A stretch of 64,000 bases of DNA from Minisyncoccia bacterium (GCA_049997855.1 JBEKSG010000003.1:4154-68153), one strand, 5' to 3'. Positions 1-9,471 are shown, numbered from the stretch's first letter. Numbers and translations are program-made. The notes: generated from the sequence alone by a model not told the origin.

Positions 1-48
1 TCTCGATGACTAAATCATGTAGGCAGTATAGCACTTACCCGCGTGGCT

Positions 49-1023
49 TTATACGCTGGCTTTGCCGGTAGGTTTGTTGTCGAGGCTTCGGAGACCTGCC
101 ACGGTGAACTCGGCTTTAATCGACGGGTGCGGGTCATAGCCCACGAGCGTCACATGCTCGGGACGAAAGGTGGCGAGACTCGTCACTTCGTCGCTGATGA
201 CAATTTTTGGAAACGGTTTTGGCTCGCGCTCGAGTTGCTGCCGTATTGCTGTTTCATGGTCTTCATAATAGTGAACATCGCCAAAGGTATGCACAAAATC
301 TCCAGCTTCGCGCCCGACGATTTTGGCGATGATCATGCATAGCAGCGCATAGCTCGCGATGTTAAACGGCACACCAAGAAAGATGTCGGCGCTTCGCTGG
401 TAGAGCTGGAGCGACACTTTGCCGTGCTTGATGTTGAGCTGGTACATGTTGTGGCAAATAGGAAAATGGCTGACCTCCTTCGGCTTCGCCATCGAGTAGA
501 GATACTCCGGATTCCACGAGGTTACGATGGCGTTGTGGCACGAAGGGTCGCTTGTGAGCTCGTCGACGACCCACTGGAGTTGGTCGATCTGACGGCCGTC
601 TTTGGCGGGCCAGCGGCGCCACATCTCGCCGTAGATGCGCGGTAACTCGCCATACTCGCGCGCAAACTCGGCGTCGGTTTTTATTTTTTCGATAAACTCC
701 TCCTTGCTCATCTCGCTTACCTCGCCCGCTTTTGCAAGCTCGGCATACAGGCGGTATGGATAGTCGTCCCAAATGTGCACCTCGTTTTGCACCAGGTAGC
801 GGATGTTTGATTGCCCGGAGAGAAACCAAAACAGCTCGTGTAAGACGCCTTTCCAGTACACTTTTTTGGTGGTAAGCAAGGGGAAGCCTGCAGACAAATC
901 GAAACGCATCTGCCGTCCAAACACGCCGATGGTGGCTTTGCCGTGTCCGGCATCCACTTGCCTGTCTCCCTTGTCGAGAAGCTCCTGCATCAAATCGAGA
1001 TATTGTTTTTCGGGATGCGCCAT
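49..1023 (-). CDS. thyA: thymidylate synthase
   Basis: The 324 aa ORF shows the ThyA signature around the catalytic Cys (FPICHNMYQ) and the conserved C-terminal region; a CDS with 4 nt spacing to dcd. Confidence 0.88.
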   Translation of the reverse strand: MAHPEKQYLDLMQELLDKGDRQVDAGHGKATIGVFGRQMRFDLSAGFPLLTTKKVYWKGVLHELFWFLSGQSNIRYLVQNEVHIWDDYPYRLYAELAKAGEVSEMSKEEFIEKIKTDAEFAREYGELPRIYGEMWRRWPAKDGRQIDQLQWVVDELTSDPSCHNAIVTSWNPEYLYSMAKPKEVSHFPICHNMYQLNIKHGKVSLQLYQRSADIFLGVPFNIASYALLCMIIAKIVGREAGDFVHTFGDVHYYEDHETAIRQQLEREPKPFPKIVISDEVTSLATFRPEHVTLVGYDPHPSIKAEFTVAGLRSLDNKPTGKASV

Positions 1024-1024
1024 A

Positions 1025-1588
1025 TTATTTTTTTATTTTTTTAACCTTGGATTTAGCAGTAAAATTGTTTTTCCAATTGTCACCGACAAAACGCCCGGTC
1101 TCTTTGTAACTTTTGCGGGTAGGAGACGACAACCTCGAGAACGTAAGTTGGGCGATCTCCATGCCGGGGCGGAGAATAATGGGCACGTTGTTGAGATTGC
1201 ACAGCTCAAAGGTAATATGCAAAAAATGTCCGGGATTAATGAGCCCCGCCGTGTTGTGTATCATAAGCCCGATGCGCGCCAACGACGACTTCCCGCCTAC
1301 CTGAATGAGGAACTTGTCGGAGCCGAAATATTCTTTGGAGACGCCCAGCACCGACACGCCGGGGTGTAATACAAACACGCCGCCATCTTCGACGATAATC
1401 TCGTGGCTTTTGGCGTACACTTTTTTTACCGGGTCGATAAAAAGCGTATTGTTTTCGTCATTGACGACAAATTTATTGCCGAGCAAAATATCGTAGCTCG
1501 CGGGCTGGAGCCGCTCTTCGACAAACGGCTCGAGCGTGATCGAGCCTTTTTTAATTTCGGTAAGAATGTCTACATCGGATAAAAACAT
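1025..1588 (-). CDS. dcd: dCTP deaminase
   Basis: The 187 aa ORF carries Dcd/dUTPase-fold motifs (ASYDILLG, GLINPGHFLHIT) and lies next to thyA in a nucleotide-metabolism cluster. Confidence 0.82.
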   Translation of the reverse strand: MFLSDVDILTEIKKGSITLEPFVEERLQPASYDILLGNKFVVNDENNTLFIDPVKKVYAKSHEIIVEDGGVFVLHPGVSVLGVSKEYFGSDKFLIQVGGKSSLARIGLMIHNTAGLINPGHFLHITFELCNLNNVPIILRPGMEIAQLTFSRLSSPTRKSYKETGRFVGDNWKNNFTAKSKVKKIKK

Positions 1589-1642
1589 ATGATTTAGTCG
1601 AAATCATGTCGCGCAACGTCCATTGAAGCGCAACGCTTATAA

Positions 1643-2317
1643 TCAGCGAACAGTAAATACTTTGTCGGTACCGTAATACTCGCCCCAGTGCGCGTTGTAA
1701 AACGCAAACATTCTTTCCAATCGATCCTGCTGGAGCTCTTGCACGCCGCACTGCTCCATCAGCGCGCGCACTTCTTTGCGTGCGAGATCGAGTTCCCTCT
1801 CGTCTTTTACCACTCTTTCAAACTCGGCGAGCCAGCCATAGCCCGCGTTTTTGTCGAGCGTCACCGCAACACCTCGGCAAAGATACTCCTCGCGCTCGCG
1901 CGACCATTTGGCTTGATACACACATCCCGCATCGAGCAGCAGCTGGTCAAGCTCATCGAGCGAGAGCGATACCTCCTCCTCAAACTCCATCCGCGTGATG
2001 CCGTTCTGGCTCGTGGTGTTGTCGACCGATGCTTTGACGACCAAAAAAACTTTGCCGTCTTTGTCTCTGGTCCTAATCGAAAATTCTTTTCCTTTTTGTA
2101 AGATATCTTCGAGCTTTTTATATGTTTCGCCGGAAAAATACGGCTTCACCTGTTTGGCAATCAAAGAAGGAATACTGTTCATAAAATAGTGATTAAGCTG
2201 TTTGTTGCGAGCCGTGAGCACAGTGGCAGAGTCGACATGCTTCATCCGCTCGCGCAAAGTTTGAGCTGCCTCCTCGTTTCCCAAAAGCGACTTAACTTCT
2301 ACCTCAAAGGTTTGCAT
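1643..2317 (-). CDS. CYTH-domain (triphosphate tunnel metalloenzyme-like) protein
   Basis: N-terminal EVEVKSL, an internal IRTRD...GKVFLVVK stretch and later acidic motifs fit the CYTH/CyaB-ThTPase pattern; otherwise uncharacterised. Confidence 0.4.
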   Translation of the reverse strand: MQTFEVEVKSLLGNEEAAQTLRERMKHVDSATVLTARNKQLNHYFMNSIPSLIAKQVKPYFSGETYKKLEDILQKGKEFSIRTRDKDGKVFLVVKASVDNTTSQNGITRMEFEEEVSLSLDELDQLLLDAGCVYQAKWSREREEYLCRGVAVTLDKNAGYGWLAEFERVVKDERELDLARKEVRALMEQCGVQELQQDRLERMFAFYNAHWGEYYGTDKVFTVR

Positions 2318-2382
2318 AGTGCTATTTTAGCTCGGGACACCGCTCGCTTCCAGCTTTTGACGCAAGGGGTTAATATTACGCA

Positions 2383-2883
2383 ATGGTAAGCATCATTGCC
2401 GCAATAGGCCACAACCGCGCACTGGGTAAAAATAACGAGCTTTTGTGGCGCATCCCCGACGATCTTAAACGCTTCAAAGCATTGACGCTTGGCCACCCGG
2501 TTATCATGGGGCGCAAAACATTTGAGTCGTTGGGCAAGTCCTTGCCCGGGCGCACCAATATTGTGATTATGTATGCCGATGAATATCACGCGGACAATCT
2601 GCTTTATAATGTTGAAAACGTAATTGTCGCCTACTCGCTTGAGGAAGCAATCGAAAAAGCAAAGACATTGGATAACAAGGAGATTTTTATCGGCGGAGGC
2701 GCTCAAATTTATACACAGGCTTTGCCGCTGGCAGACCGTTTGTACCTAACATTGATTGATGACAAAAAAGAAGCTGATGTCTACTTCCCCGAATATGAGC
2801 GCTTGTTTACTAAAAAATTATCTGAAGAGCGCCGCGAATATAACGGGCTGAAGTATAAATGGATTGATCTGGAACGGGAGTAA
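2383..2883 (+). CDS. folA: dihydrofolate reductase
   Basis: The 166 aa ORF has the classic DHFR N-terminus (IIAAIGHNRALGKNNELLWRIPDDLKRFK) and a GGGAQIY motif. Confidence 0.9.
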   Translation: MVSIIAAIGHNRALGKNNELLWRIPDDLKRFKALTLGHPVIMGRKTFESLGKSLPGRTNIVIMYADEYHADNLLYNVENVIVAYSLEEAIEKAKTLDNKEIFIGGGAQIYTQALPLADRLYLTLIDDKKEADVYFPEYERLFTKKLSEERREYNGLKYKWIDLERE

Positions 2884-3624
2884 TCATTGTTTTCCTCCCT
2901 TCTTCCACTTCGTTTTTGTAAGAAATTGGGCGAATAAATCTTCTTTCAAGGGCACCACAAATTTATTCCATTTTCCCTTACTCTTCCGTTTGTGCCATAT
3001 CTTTTCTGCAACCCCGCGGATGACAACCAACGGCGTTTGTTCGCCACCCTCGCCCATTATTACTACTGCCGCAGCTGCCAAAGCATCCGCTACGTTTGCT
3101 TGCTCATATTGCAAAGGCCGTCCGAATACATCTTTGATTCCTCTATAATCCGAGAGAGGCTCAAACCCAGTCCACGCCAGCGCAAATCCAATTGCTCCAC
3201 GCCGCAGTGGCGTGCTTATCGAGTCGGTAATAATGACTCCTAAGCGAGACAGTTTATACTCTTGCATCAATTTTTTGCGCAACAAAGCTGCTGAACGTTG
3301 GGGGTTATGAGGCCAGAGAATATAGTGGCCGTTCCCGTTGCTTTCATCTATGCCTGCGGCACGGATAAGCACACCCTTGGTGATAGTAAAAGAAGATCCC
3401 CATTTTGGTTTTTCATTTAAATACAAAGAAGATTCCCGACGAGCGAGCGCTTCCTTTTTTATAGAACCTACACGCACACATCGGCCTTCATTGATACTTA
3501 CTACTTTAGAAGTAACAGCAATAATATCGCCATCTTTGGGCTTAAGAGACGAAGCAATAATTTTATGAACCAAATCGTCCTTTGGAGGCACTAAGACACC
3601 TATCTTTATTGGTTTGATATTCAC
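2884..3624 (-). CDS. CofE/FbiB-like gamma-glutamyl ligase family protein
   Basis: The 246 aa ORF matches the N-terminal pattern of F420-0:gamma-glutamyl ligase homologues (KDGDIIAVTSKVVSINEGR); it is embedded between folA and folB. Confidence 0.5.
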   Translation of the reverse strand: MNIKPIKIGVLVPPKDDLVHKIIASSLKPKDGDIIAVTSKVVSINEGRCVRVGSIKKEALARRESSLYLNEKPKWGSSFTITKGVLIRAAGIDESNGNGHYILWPHNPQRSAALLRKKLMQEYKLSRLGVIITDSISTPLRRGAIGFALAWTGFEPLSDYRGIKDVFGRPLQYEQANVADALAAAAVVIMGEGGEQTPLVVIRGVAEKIWHKRKSKGKWNKFVVPLKEDLFAQFLTKTKWKKGGKQ

Positions 3625-3637
3625 GAATGTATCTTAT

Positions 3638-4000
3638 CTAATTTTCTCTACTTCGAACAATAGTTACTCCCGGCACGCCGTTTTGCCACACTTCGGGTTT
3701 TTGGATTGTCACTTCAACTGTTTGTATGCGTTTGTCCTCCAGCACTTTGTGAGCAATTTCTTCGGCCAACGTTTCTATCAAAAACCTGCTGCTGCCTTTT
3801 ATCACCGCTCGGATTTTATCTTTTACTTCACTGTAATTTACTGTGTCAGCAAGATTGTCGCTTTGTGCCGCGTTGCTGGTGTCAACGCCAAGTTTGACCG
3901 ACAAGGCGAATTCCTGCTCAATGCGGCGCTCTTTTGCAAAACAGCCGTGCTTGCCGCGAAACACCAGGTTGTCGATGTGGATGTAATCCATGAGCCCCAT
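3638..4000 (-). CDS. folB: dihydroneopterin aldolase
   Basis: The 120 aa ORF has the FolB signature IHIDNLVFRGKHGCFAKERRIEQEF. Confidence 0.85.
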   Translation of the reverse strand: MGLMDYIHIDNLVFRGKHGCFAKERRIEQEFALSVKLGVDTSNAAQSDNLADTVNYSEVKDKIRAVIKGSSRFLIETLAEEIAHKVLEDKRIQTVEVTIQKPEVWQNGVPGVTIVRSREN

Positions 4001-4057
4001 ACTATACCAATAAAAAAGCCCGGGAATTACTCTAGAGGCCTTTTCTGCAATCCAAAT

Positions 4058-4480
4058 TTATGTAACGTCCACGCCCATGGAGCGGGCGCTGCCGGCTATT
4101 GTTTTCATCGCTTGCTCGAGGTCGTTGGCGTTGAGGTCAGGCATCTTGCGCTCGGCAATCTCCTTAACCTGCGCCTTAGTGAGGGTGCCAATCTTAGCCG
4201 TGTTAGGCTTGTCGCTCCCTTTTTCTTTACCCAAGGCCTTTAAAATGAGGCTCGATACCGGCGGAGTCTTGAGGACAAAGGTATAGGTACGGTCCTCGTA
4301 GACGCTGATTTCGGCAGGCACCATGTCGCCACGCATATTCTTAGAGGCATCGTTAAACTTTTTTACAAACTCGCCGATGTTGATGCCAGCGGGGCCAAGC
4401 ACTTGGCCCATGGCCGGCGTGAGCGTTGCCGCACCGCCTTGCGCGATGATCTTTATTTTTTTGACTATTTTCTTTGCCAT
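4058..4480 (-). CDS. rplK: 50S ribosomal protein L11
   Basis: The L11 motif is present and the start is placed at MAKKIVKK (internal Met of the table ORF). Confidence 0.9.
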   Translation of the reverse strand: MAKKIVKKIKIIAQGGAATLTPAMGQVLGPAGINIGEFVKKFNDASKNMRGDMVPAEISVYEDRTYTFVLKTPPVSSLILKALGKEKGSDKPNTAKIGTLTKAQVKEIAERKMPDLNANDLEQAMKTIAGSARSMGVDVT

Positions 4481-4605
4481 GTGATGCTTCATCACCCTGT
4501 CGAGGGTAGGTTTGGATATTACATTAATTTTATATTTTATGCCAGTTTTTTCTTTCTACCCCTCGCAAGGCCTCGGGGTCAAAGAATTTATAGTCGCTTT
4601 GCTCC

Positions 4606-5157
4606 TTAAATTCTTTTGACCTGCAAAAAGTCGAGCTCCACCGGCGTTTCGCGGCCAAACATCGCCACCAGCACCTTAACCTTGCCGCGGCTCTCGTCTA
4701 CCTCGCCCACTTTGCCGTCGAGATCCTTAAACGGGCCGTCGACAATGACTACCTGGTCGCCAACCGCCATATCAATGGCGTGTTTGACACTGCCCTCGGC
4801 CGCGTGCATGCGGCTCAAGAGCTCATCTACTTCCGATTGTTTAAGCGGCACCGGATTGACGCCGGAACCGACAAAGCCGGTGACGCGCGGCGTGTTGCGC
4901 ACGACAAACCACGACTGATCGTCAACGATCATGTCTACCAACACGTAGCCGGGGAATACCTTCTCTTCCTCCTCGACGCGGCGGCCGCCTTTGATTTTGA
5001 CCGTATGCTCGGTGGGCACGATAACGTTAAAGATTTTTTCTTGGAGGCCGAGGCTGTCGATGCGTTGTTTAAGATTGCGGGCAACGGCGTTTTCGTATCC
5101 GGCATAAGTGTGTATCGCATACCACGCGCGCCCGACCGATGTGTCTTGTTTGCTCAT
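4606..5157 (-). CDS. nusG: transcription termination/antitermination factor NusG
   Basis: NGN and KOW domains are present (WYAIHTYAGYEN; GDQVVIVDGPFKDLDGKV), in the conserved secE-nusG-rplK order. Confidence 0.9.
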   Translation of the reverse strand: MSKQDTSVGRAWYAIHTYAGYENAVARNLKQRIDSLGLQEKIFNVIVPTEHTVKIKGGRRVEEEEKVFPGYVLVDMIVDDQSWFVVRNTPRVTGFVGSGVNPVPLKQSEVDELLSRMHAAEGSVKHAIDMAVGDQVVIVDGPFKDLDGKVGEVDESRGKVKVLVAMFGRETPVELDFLQVKRI

Positions 5158-5258
5158 ATATACGAATGTTACGAATTATTACGAATACTACGAATTAAAC
5201 CAAATAAGTCCTAAATGAATGCTGCAAATTTATTCGATCTTACTTGTAGGATTCGTAG

Positions 5259-5429
5259 TTAAATAATGTATTTTACAACTGCGTCAAACACATAATCGAG
5301 GAGGCCGAGGTACACGGCGGTTGCGAGAGACACGGCAATTACCACGATGGTGTATACGATCGCCTGATTGCGCGTCGGCCAGGTAACGTGTCTCATCTCC
5401 GCGCGAACTTCCTTAAAATAGTTTGGCAT
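5259..5429 (-). CDS. secE: preprotein translocase subunit SecE
   Basis: Hand-translated 56 aa ORF (MPNYFKEVRAEMRHVTWPTRNQAIVYTIVVIAVSLATAVYLGLLDYVFDAVVKYII) matches SecE; it sits immediately upstream of nusG and is below the 60 aa cutoff of the ORF track. Confidence 0.7.
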   Translation of the reverse strand: MPNYFKEVRAEMRHVTWPTRNQAIVYTIVVIAVSLATAVYLGLLDYVFDAVVKYII

Positions 5430-5558
5430 AAAAATTTTGGCAATTTTAAAACCCCTCCCGGGGCCTGTTATAAACCAATCCTAGCGCCTTTTTTGTCTAG
5501 TGTCAATGCATCAAAAACGGGAACTATATATAATCACCCAATGTCGGACACGATGTGT

Positions 5559-5593
5559 AAAACGCCCTGCGCAAATCATTGCAAGGCGTTTTT
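5559..5593 (-). terminator. hairpin terminator after hypothetical gene 5592..5972
   Basis: A 12 bp near-perfect stem (aaaacgccctgc / gcaaggcgtttt) is followed by a U-run. Confidence 0.4.
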
Positions 5594-5972
5594 ATGCATT
5601 TTCCTTACGGACGTTATGGAAGTATGTTTGAAACTTCCTCCCATTTCTTTCAAAGAATAGTTCGACGCCGCAGATGACCGTTGAAGGGGTAGTAGCTGGA
5701 TCCCTATATATGGGTTGAAAGCCTACATTTTCCTTCGTGTCCATGATCATTGCCTGATATCGAGGTTTGCCAGCAAAGTTCTCATTGGTTATCACGACTC
5801 GCCACTTTTGCCACGAGCCTCCTTTGACCAAAGGCGGCATTGGACGCTCAAGAGTATAGACCTTACCCACGACAAGGTTTGGCAGGACCATGTCCCAGGA
5901 TTCTAGGAATGGTATCTTCATACAGTCTCCTTTCACCCGACTTAGCAGAGAGACAATAACAGCCTCCTCCAT
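5592..5972 (-). CDS. hypothetical protein
   Basis: The 126 aa ORF shows ordinary codon usage and is followed by a terminator hairpin; no recognisable family. Confidence 0.3.
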   Translation of the reverse strand: MEEAVIVSLLSRVKGDCMKIPFLESWDMVLPNLVVGKVYTLERPMPPLVKGGSWQKWRVVITNENFAGKPRYQAMIMDTKENVGFQPIYRDPATTPSTVICGVELFFERNGRKFQTYFHNVRKENA

Positions 5973-6016
5973 AACCTTAGAACATTGGCAGGAAAAAGCT
6001 ATTCCTGTTGTTTCAA

Positions 6017-6901
6017 CTATTTAATCTCGTAGGTGATGGTGACGTCGTCGGTCGTGGTGTTTTGGCCGGGCGAAATGACCGGAGCTGTTGCGGCATTGCC
6101 GCCGCTACCGGCCGCCATGGAGTACGCCACCGGCTGCGGGTAGCTGCCGCCCGCGTTTTCACTAAAGGAAACGACGCGCACCAATGTCACACCAAGCTGC
6201 TGAGCAAGCGCTTCGGCTTTGCTCTTGGCATCGGCAATTGCTTTGTTGCGCGCCTCGGTTTGCACGGCTGTTGGATCGTCAAAGGTAAAGGTGAGACCGG
6301 AAACTTCGGTAGCGCCTTTGGAGCCGACACCCGCAAGCAGGTCACCCGCTTTGCTGGTGTCGCGTACTTTAACTGTCGTGCTCTGGCTCACTTCGTAGCC
6401 GGTGAGCGTCTGCTTGCCGGGCGGACAATATACTATCGCGCCCGAGGAAGTGCCGGAGCCGGACGAGCCGCCGGAGTTTACAACCACATCGGGGGTCGGC
6501 GCGGTCGGCACTTGTCCACTCATTGGGCACGCCGCGTTTTGGTAGGTGTATTGTGGCTCTATGGAGTAGCCGCTCGTTTGTATGTCTTTGGTATCTACGC
6601 CTGCACCGGTGAGATAGGCGGTAATGGCGTTGGCCACGGCGGTGGCGTCGGCTTGCGCACCGGCAACGGTTGCTTCGTCGGAGACGACGCTAAAGCTAAA
6701 GGTGGCGATGTCGGGCACAGCCAGATCCTCGCCGTGGCCGGAGACGCTGATGGTGTTGGCGGCGGCAACGCCGGTGCCGATGTAGCGAAGCCCCACGAGT
6801 GCGCTCATGGTCTGTACCAGCAAAAACGCGGCGAGCAACACAACCGCCGAGATAATCCCCCAACGCAACCACACTCCTTCCCTTCCTTCAAATATATTCA
6901 T
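6017..6901 (-). CDS. SIMPL-domain (BP26/OMP28-like) membrane-anchored protein
   Basis: An N-terminal TM helix precedes a SIMPL/DUF541-like domain of repeated beta units ending ...DVTITYEIK. Confidence 0.65.
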   Translation of the reverse strand: MNIFEGREGVWLRWGIISAVVLLAAFLLVQTMSALVGLRYIGTGVAAANTISVSGHGEDLAVPDIATFSFSVVSDEATVAGAQADATAVANAITAYLTGAGVDTKDIQTSGYSIEPQYTYQNAACPMSGQVPTAPTPDVVVNSGGSSGSGTSSGAIVYCPPGKQTLTGYEVSQSTTVKVRDTSKAGDLLAGVGSKGATEVSGLTFTFDDPTAVQTEARNKAIADAKSKAEALAQQLGVTLVRVVSFSENAGGSYPQPVAYSMAAGSGGNAATAPVISPGQNTTTDDVTITYEIK

Positions 6902-6924
6902 AGTAACGAGTGTTAGTTAATAAT

Positions 6925-7644
6925 TTACTGACCTGCTTGTGCTTGAGCGATGACCGCCTGTATCTGCGCGAGCGGCAATGCGCCCGAAATCGGGTACTGC
7001 TTGCCGGTTTTGGTGTTGATGACAACCGTAAAAGGCGTGCCATTGCCGCCATTGCTCTCCGCATCGGCAGTCTCGGTTTGGATTTTGCCCAAGTAGGTGG
7101 AACTTGCGATGCATGAGTTGTACAAAGTCATGTTGGCGCCAAATTGCTTGGCAAGCGACGCCGAGTAACTTGCGCTCAAGCTCGACTGATTGTTAAACAC
7201 CGCATCGGCATACTCCCAAAAGCCGGTGTTGCCGAGCTGTGCCGCAATGCACTCGGCGGCGTTGGCGGCCGGCATGGCTTGCGGATGTATCTGGTACAGC
7301 GGAAACTCACGCATGACCCATGCTACTTGTCCGTTTGATTGGCTCACGATTTGCTTGAGTGAAGGATAGATCATCTGTCAGTACGGACATTGAAAGTCGG
7401 AGTACTCCACGAGCACGATAGGCGCGGAGGGCAAGCCTATGATGTGGTCGCTCACCGAGGGTGCGGGCACGTTGGCGCTTGTGGTAACACCTTGCGCGAC
7501 TGCCGCGGTAGCTCCCGTAGAAGGCGCCGGATGTTGGTTGGCAAAAATAATGGCTCCGGCAATGATGACACCCGCAATAATGATAGAGACCGACGGAGTG
7601 AGTTCAATCGAGGGGAGCGTGTGATGTTTTTGTTCTTCAGGCAT
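6925..7644 (-). pseudogene. DsbA/BdbD-like thiol:disulfide oxidoreductase interrupted by an in-frame TGA at the second Cys of the CPYC motif
   Basis: ORFs 7378..7644 and 6925..7374 are in the same frame. The reading is EYSDFQCPY-TGA-Q-MIYPSLKQ...; an N-terminal TM helix is followed by a thioredoxin fold. Confidence 0.7.
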
Positions 7645-7656
7645 ATAGGCAGTGTA

Positions 7657-8037
7657 TCACTTTTTGAGCAAATCGCGGATTTCGATCAGCAATTTTTCCT
7701 CCGGGCTTTGTTTGGGCGCCTCGGGCGGACCTTTAAAACGCGCCGTGAGTTTATTGACCGGTAATACGACAAAAAAATAAATAGTGACGGCTACGATAAA
7801 AAATGAAACGAGCGCGTTGATAAAATCGCCATAGAGAAACTGGCTGCCGTTAAGGGTAAAAACAAGCTTCGAAAAGTCGGGCTGCTTTACAAGCGCGGCG
7901 ATAAAGGGGGTCATAATATCTTTAACCAAGGAGGTAACCACCGCGGTAAAAGCGGCGCCGATCATAACGCCCACGGCTAAGTCGACAACGTTGCCGCGCA
8001 ATATAAAATCTCTAAATCCTTTTGTCACTTTTGTCAT
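7657..8037 (-). CDS. mscL: large-conductance mechanosensitive channel
   Basis: MscL signature (GNVVDLAVGVMIGAAF, two TM helices); the start is placed at MTKVTKGF. Confidence 0.85.
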   Translation of the reverse strand: MTKVTKGFRDFILRGNVVDLAVGVMIGAAFTAVVTSLVKDIMTPFIAALVKQPDFSKLVFTLNGSQFLYGDFINALVSFFIVAVTIYFFVVLPVNKLTARFKGPPEAPKQSPEEKLLIEIRDLLKK

Positions 8038-8106
8038 GTGCCGCCATTGTAACACTTTAAAGTGAGCGGTATAGTGCGGGCGGATAAAGTTCATGGGAGG
8101 CGCGCT

Positions 8107-8691
8107 ATGCGCGACGGTATGCGTTACGGCTTAGTGATTGGTATCACTTTTGTAACTGCCGTCGCCGAAATCATTGGCTCCGGCACAACAGACAGCAATA
8201 GTCTCCTTTCGGATGCGCTACATCTGTTGGGAGATGGCATCCCGTTTGTGTTGGGGTTTGCGCTCGGGATCGGCTTAATGCAGGATGAACAGACAAAAAG
8301 ATTCGTCGAGTGGATGATTACTTTGCTCAACACCATCTTTCTTGTCGGAGCCGCGCTTTACATAGGCTATCGCGGTATCTCTAGGCTTTATCATCCAGTT
8401 GGAATAGAGCCGGTCATGCTATGGTTTGCGCTCGCAGGGCTCGCGGGCAATACGGCACAACTGTGGTTCGCGCGGGGGCTCAAGCACGCACATAAACATG
8501 CCGGCACGTATCGTGGGTTGATGCTTCATCTTGCTGCCGACTTGATGGCAAGCATCTTCGTCGTATTAGCTGCGAGTGTGATTATGACAACCGGTTATGT
8601 GAGAGCCGACAGTATTGCTTCGCTGATCGTGGCGGCCATCACCGCTGGTGCGGCATGGCAATGCTACAAAGAACTCCGGTATGGTGAATGA
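8107..8691 (+). CDS. cation diffusion facilitator family transporter (short form)
   Basis: A CDF HxxxD motif (SDALHLLGD) and a second HLAAD motif in TM helices; the cytoplasmic C-terminal domain appears absent. Confidence 0.65.
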   Translation: MRDGMRYGLVIGITFVTAVAEIIGSGTTDSNSLLSDALHLLGDGIPFVLGFALGIGLMQDEQTKRFVEWMITLLNTIFLVGAALYIGYRGISRLYHPVGIEPVMLWFALAGLAGNTAQLWFARGLKHAHKHAGTYRGLMLHLAADLMASIFVVLAASVIMTTGYVRADSIASLIVAAITAGAAWQCYKELRYGE

Positions 8692-8699
8692 AATGCCAA

Positions 8700-8728
8700 G
8701 CGCGGCCCTCAAAGGGCCGCGCTTTTTT
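8700..8728 (+). terminator. rho-independent terminator
   Basis: gcgcggccc-tcaaa-gggccgcgc followed by TTTTTT. Confidence 0.7.
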
Positions 8729-8745
8729 CTTTATCTATTTTTTCT

Positions 8746-9087
8746 CTACGCGCTCATGTCGGCGTTGATGCTGTTGACCGACGATTGGATGGCTTCTGTA
8801 GTCCATACATAGGCAAGCCATATCGTGATAAGTGTTGAGGCTGTCAAAATAATAATAGCGATGGTGCCGATAGACTTTGCCTTTGGGTCGCTCGATTTGT
8901 AGTACGTTATACCCGGCCACTTGGATACCATGATAAAAAGAATCATGGGGAGGATGGCGCTAAAAGCGTATATCCACGCTTGCGTTTCGAAAGAGGTGGA
9001 GAGCGGCGCCGACGTGAGCTTGGTACCGCAGTTGGGGCAAAAATAATAGCTCGGCAATACCGGCTGATGACAATACGGACATATCAT
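8746..9087 (-). CDS. zinc-ribbon membrane protein
   Basis: N-terminal CPYC...CPNC zinc ribbon followed by TM helices. Confidence 0.4.
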   Translation of the reverse strand: MICPYCHQPVLPSYYFCPNCGTKLTSAPLSTSFETQAWIYAFSAILPMILFIMVSKWPGITYYKSSDPKAKSIGTIAIIILTASTLITIWLAYVWTTEAIQSSVNSINADMSA

Positions 9088-9090
9088 ATT

Positions 9091-9471
9091 CTAGACAAAT
9101 CCGAAGTACAGTAAAACCACACCAACAATAAAAGCAACGATGCCGCCAAATAGGAGCACACCGTCTTTATTGCACTTCCGGTACAGCGCGATTGCAGGGC
9201 CGGGAAAAAGGAGAAGAAAAGCTCCTTTTATGAGAGTCAGCCAACCGAGGATCGTAATGAGCAACGCAAGGCCGGACGTCCAAGAATTGTTCATCACAAC
9301 GATCACGGCACCCATGGACAAAATAAGAAAGCCCCACAACCACAGAAACCCACGATCCTGACCTATCTTGTCGAGAGCAACTGACACATTCTTTCTATCG
9401 AAAATTACCGATAAACCCATTATTGCGAGAACTAACCCCAATACTTGAGCGATAGCGATTGAAGCATTCAT
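9091..9471 (-). CDS. hypothetical membrane protein
   Basis: Four predicted TM helices; the start is placed at MNASIAIAQ. Confidence 0.35.
   Translation of the reverse strand: MNASIAIAQVLGLVLAIMGLSVIFDRKNVSVALDKIGQDRGFLWLWGFLILSMGAVIVVMNNSWTSGLALLITILGWLTLIKGAFLLLFPGPAIALYRKCNKDGVLLFGGIVAFIVGVVLLYFGFV

Noticed and set aside
5430-5560. Expected rpmG (L33) or tRNA-Trp upstream of secE
   Set aside because: No ORF or cloverleaf was found in this interval, which appears to be a promoter region.
6008-6916. 302 aa plus-strand ORF
   Set aside because: It is antisense to the SIMPL-domain gene. Its Gly/Arg/Ala-rich composition is a mirror artefact of GC-rich coding sequence.
7300-7378. SECIS element downstream of the DsbA TGA
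   Set aside because: Only weak 4-5 bp hairpins are present, and none lies at the canonical 11 nt spacing with an apical G/U loop. The Sec hypothesis is kept only as an alternative.
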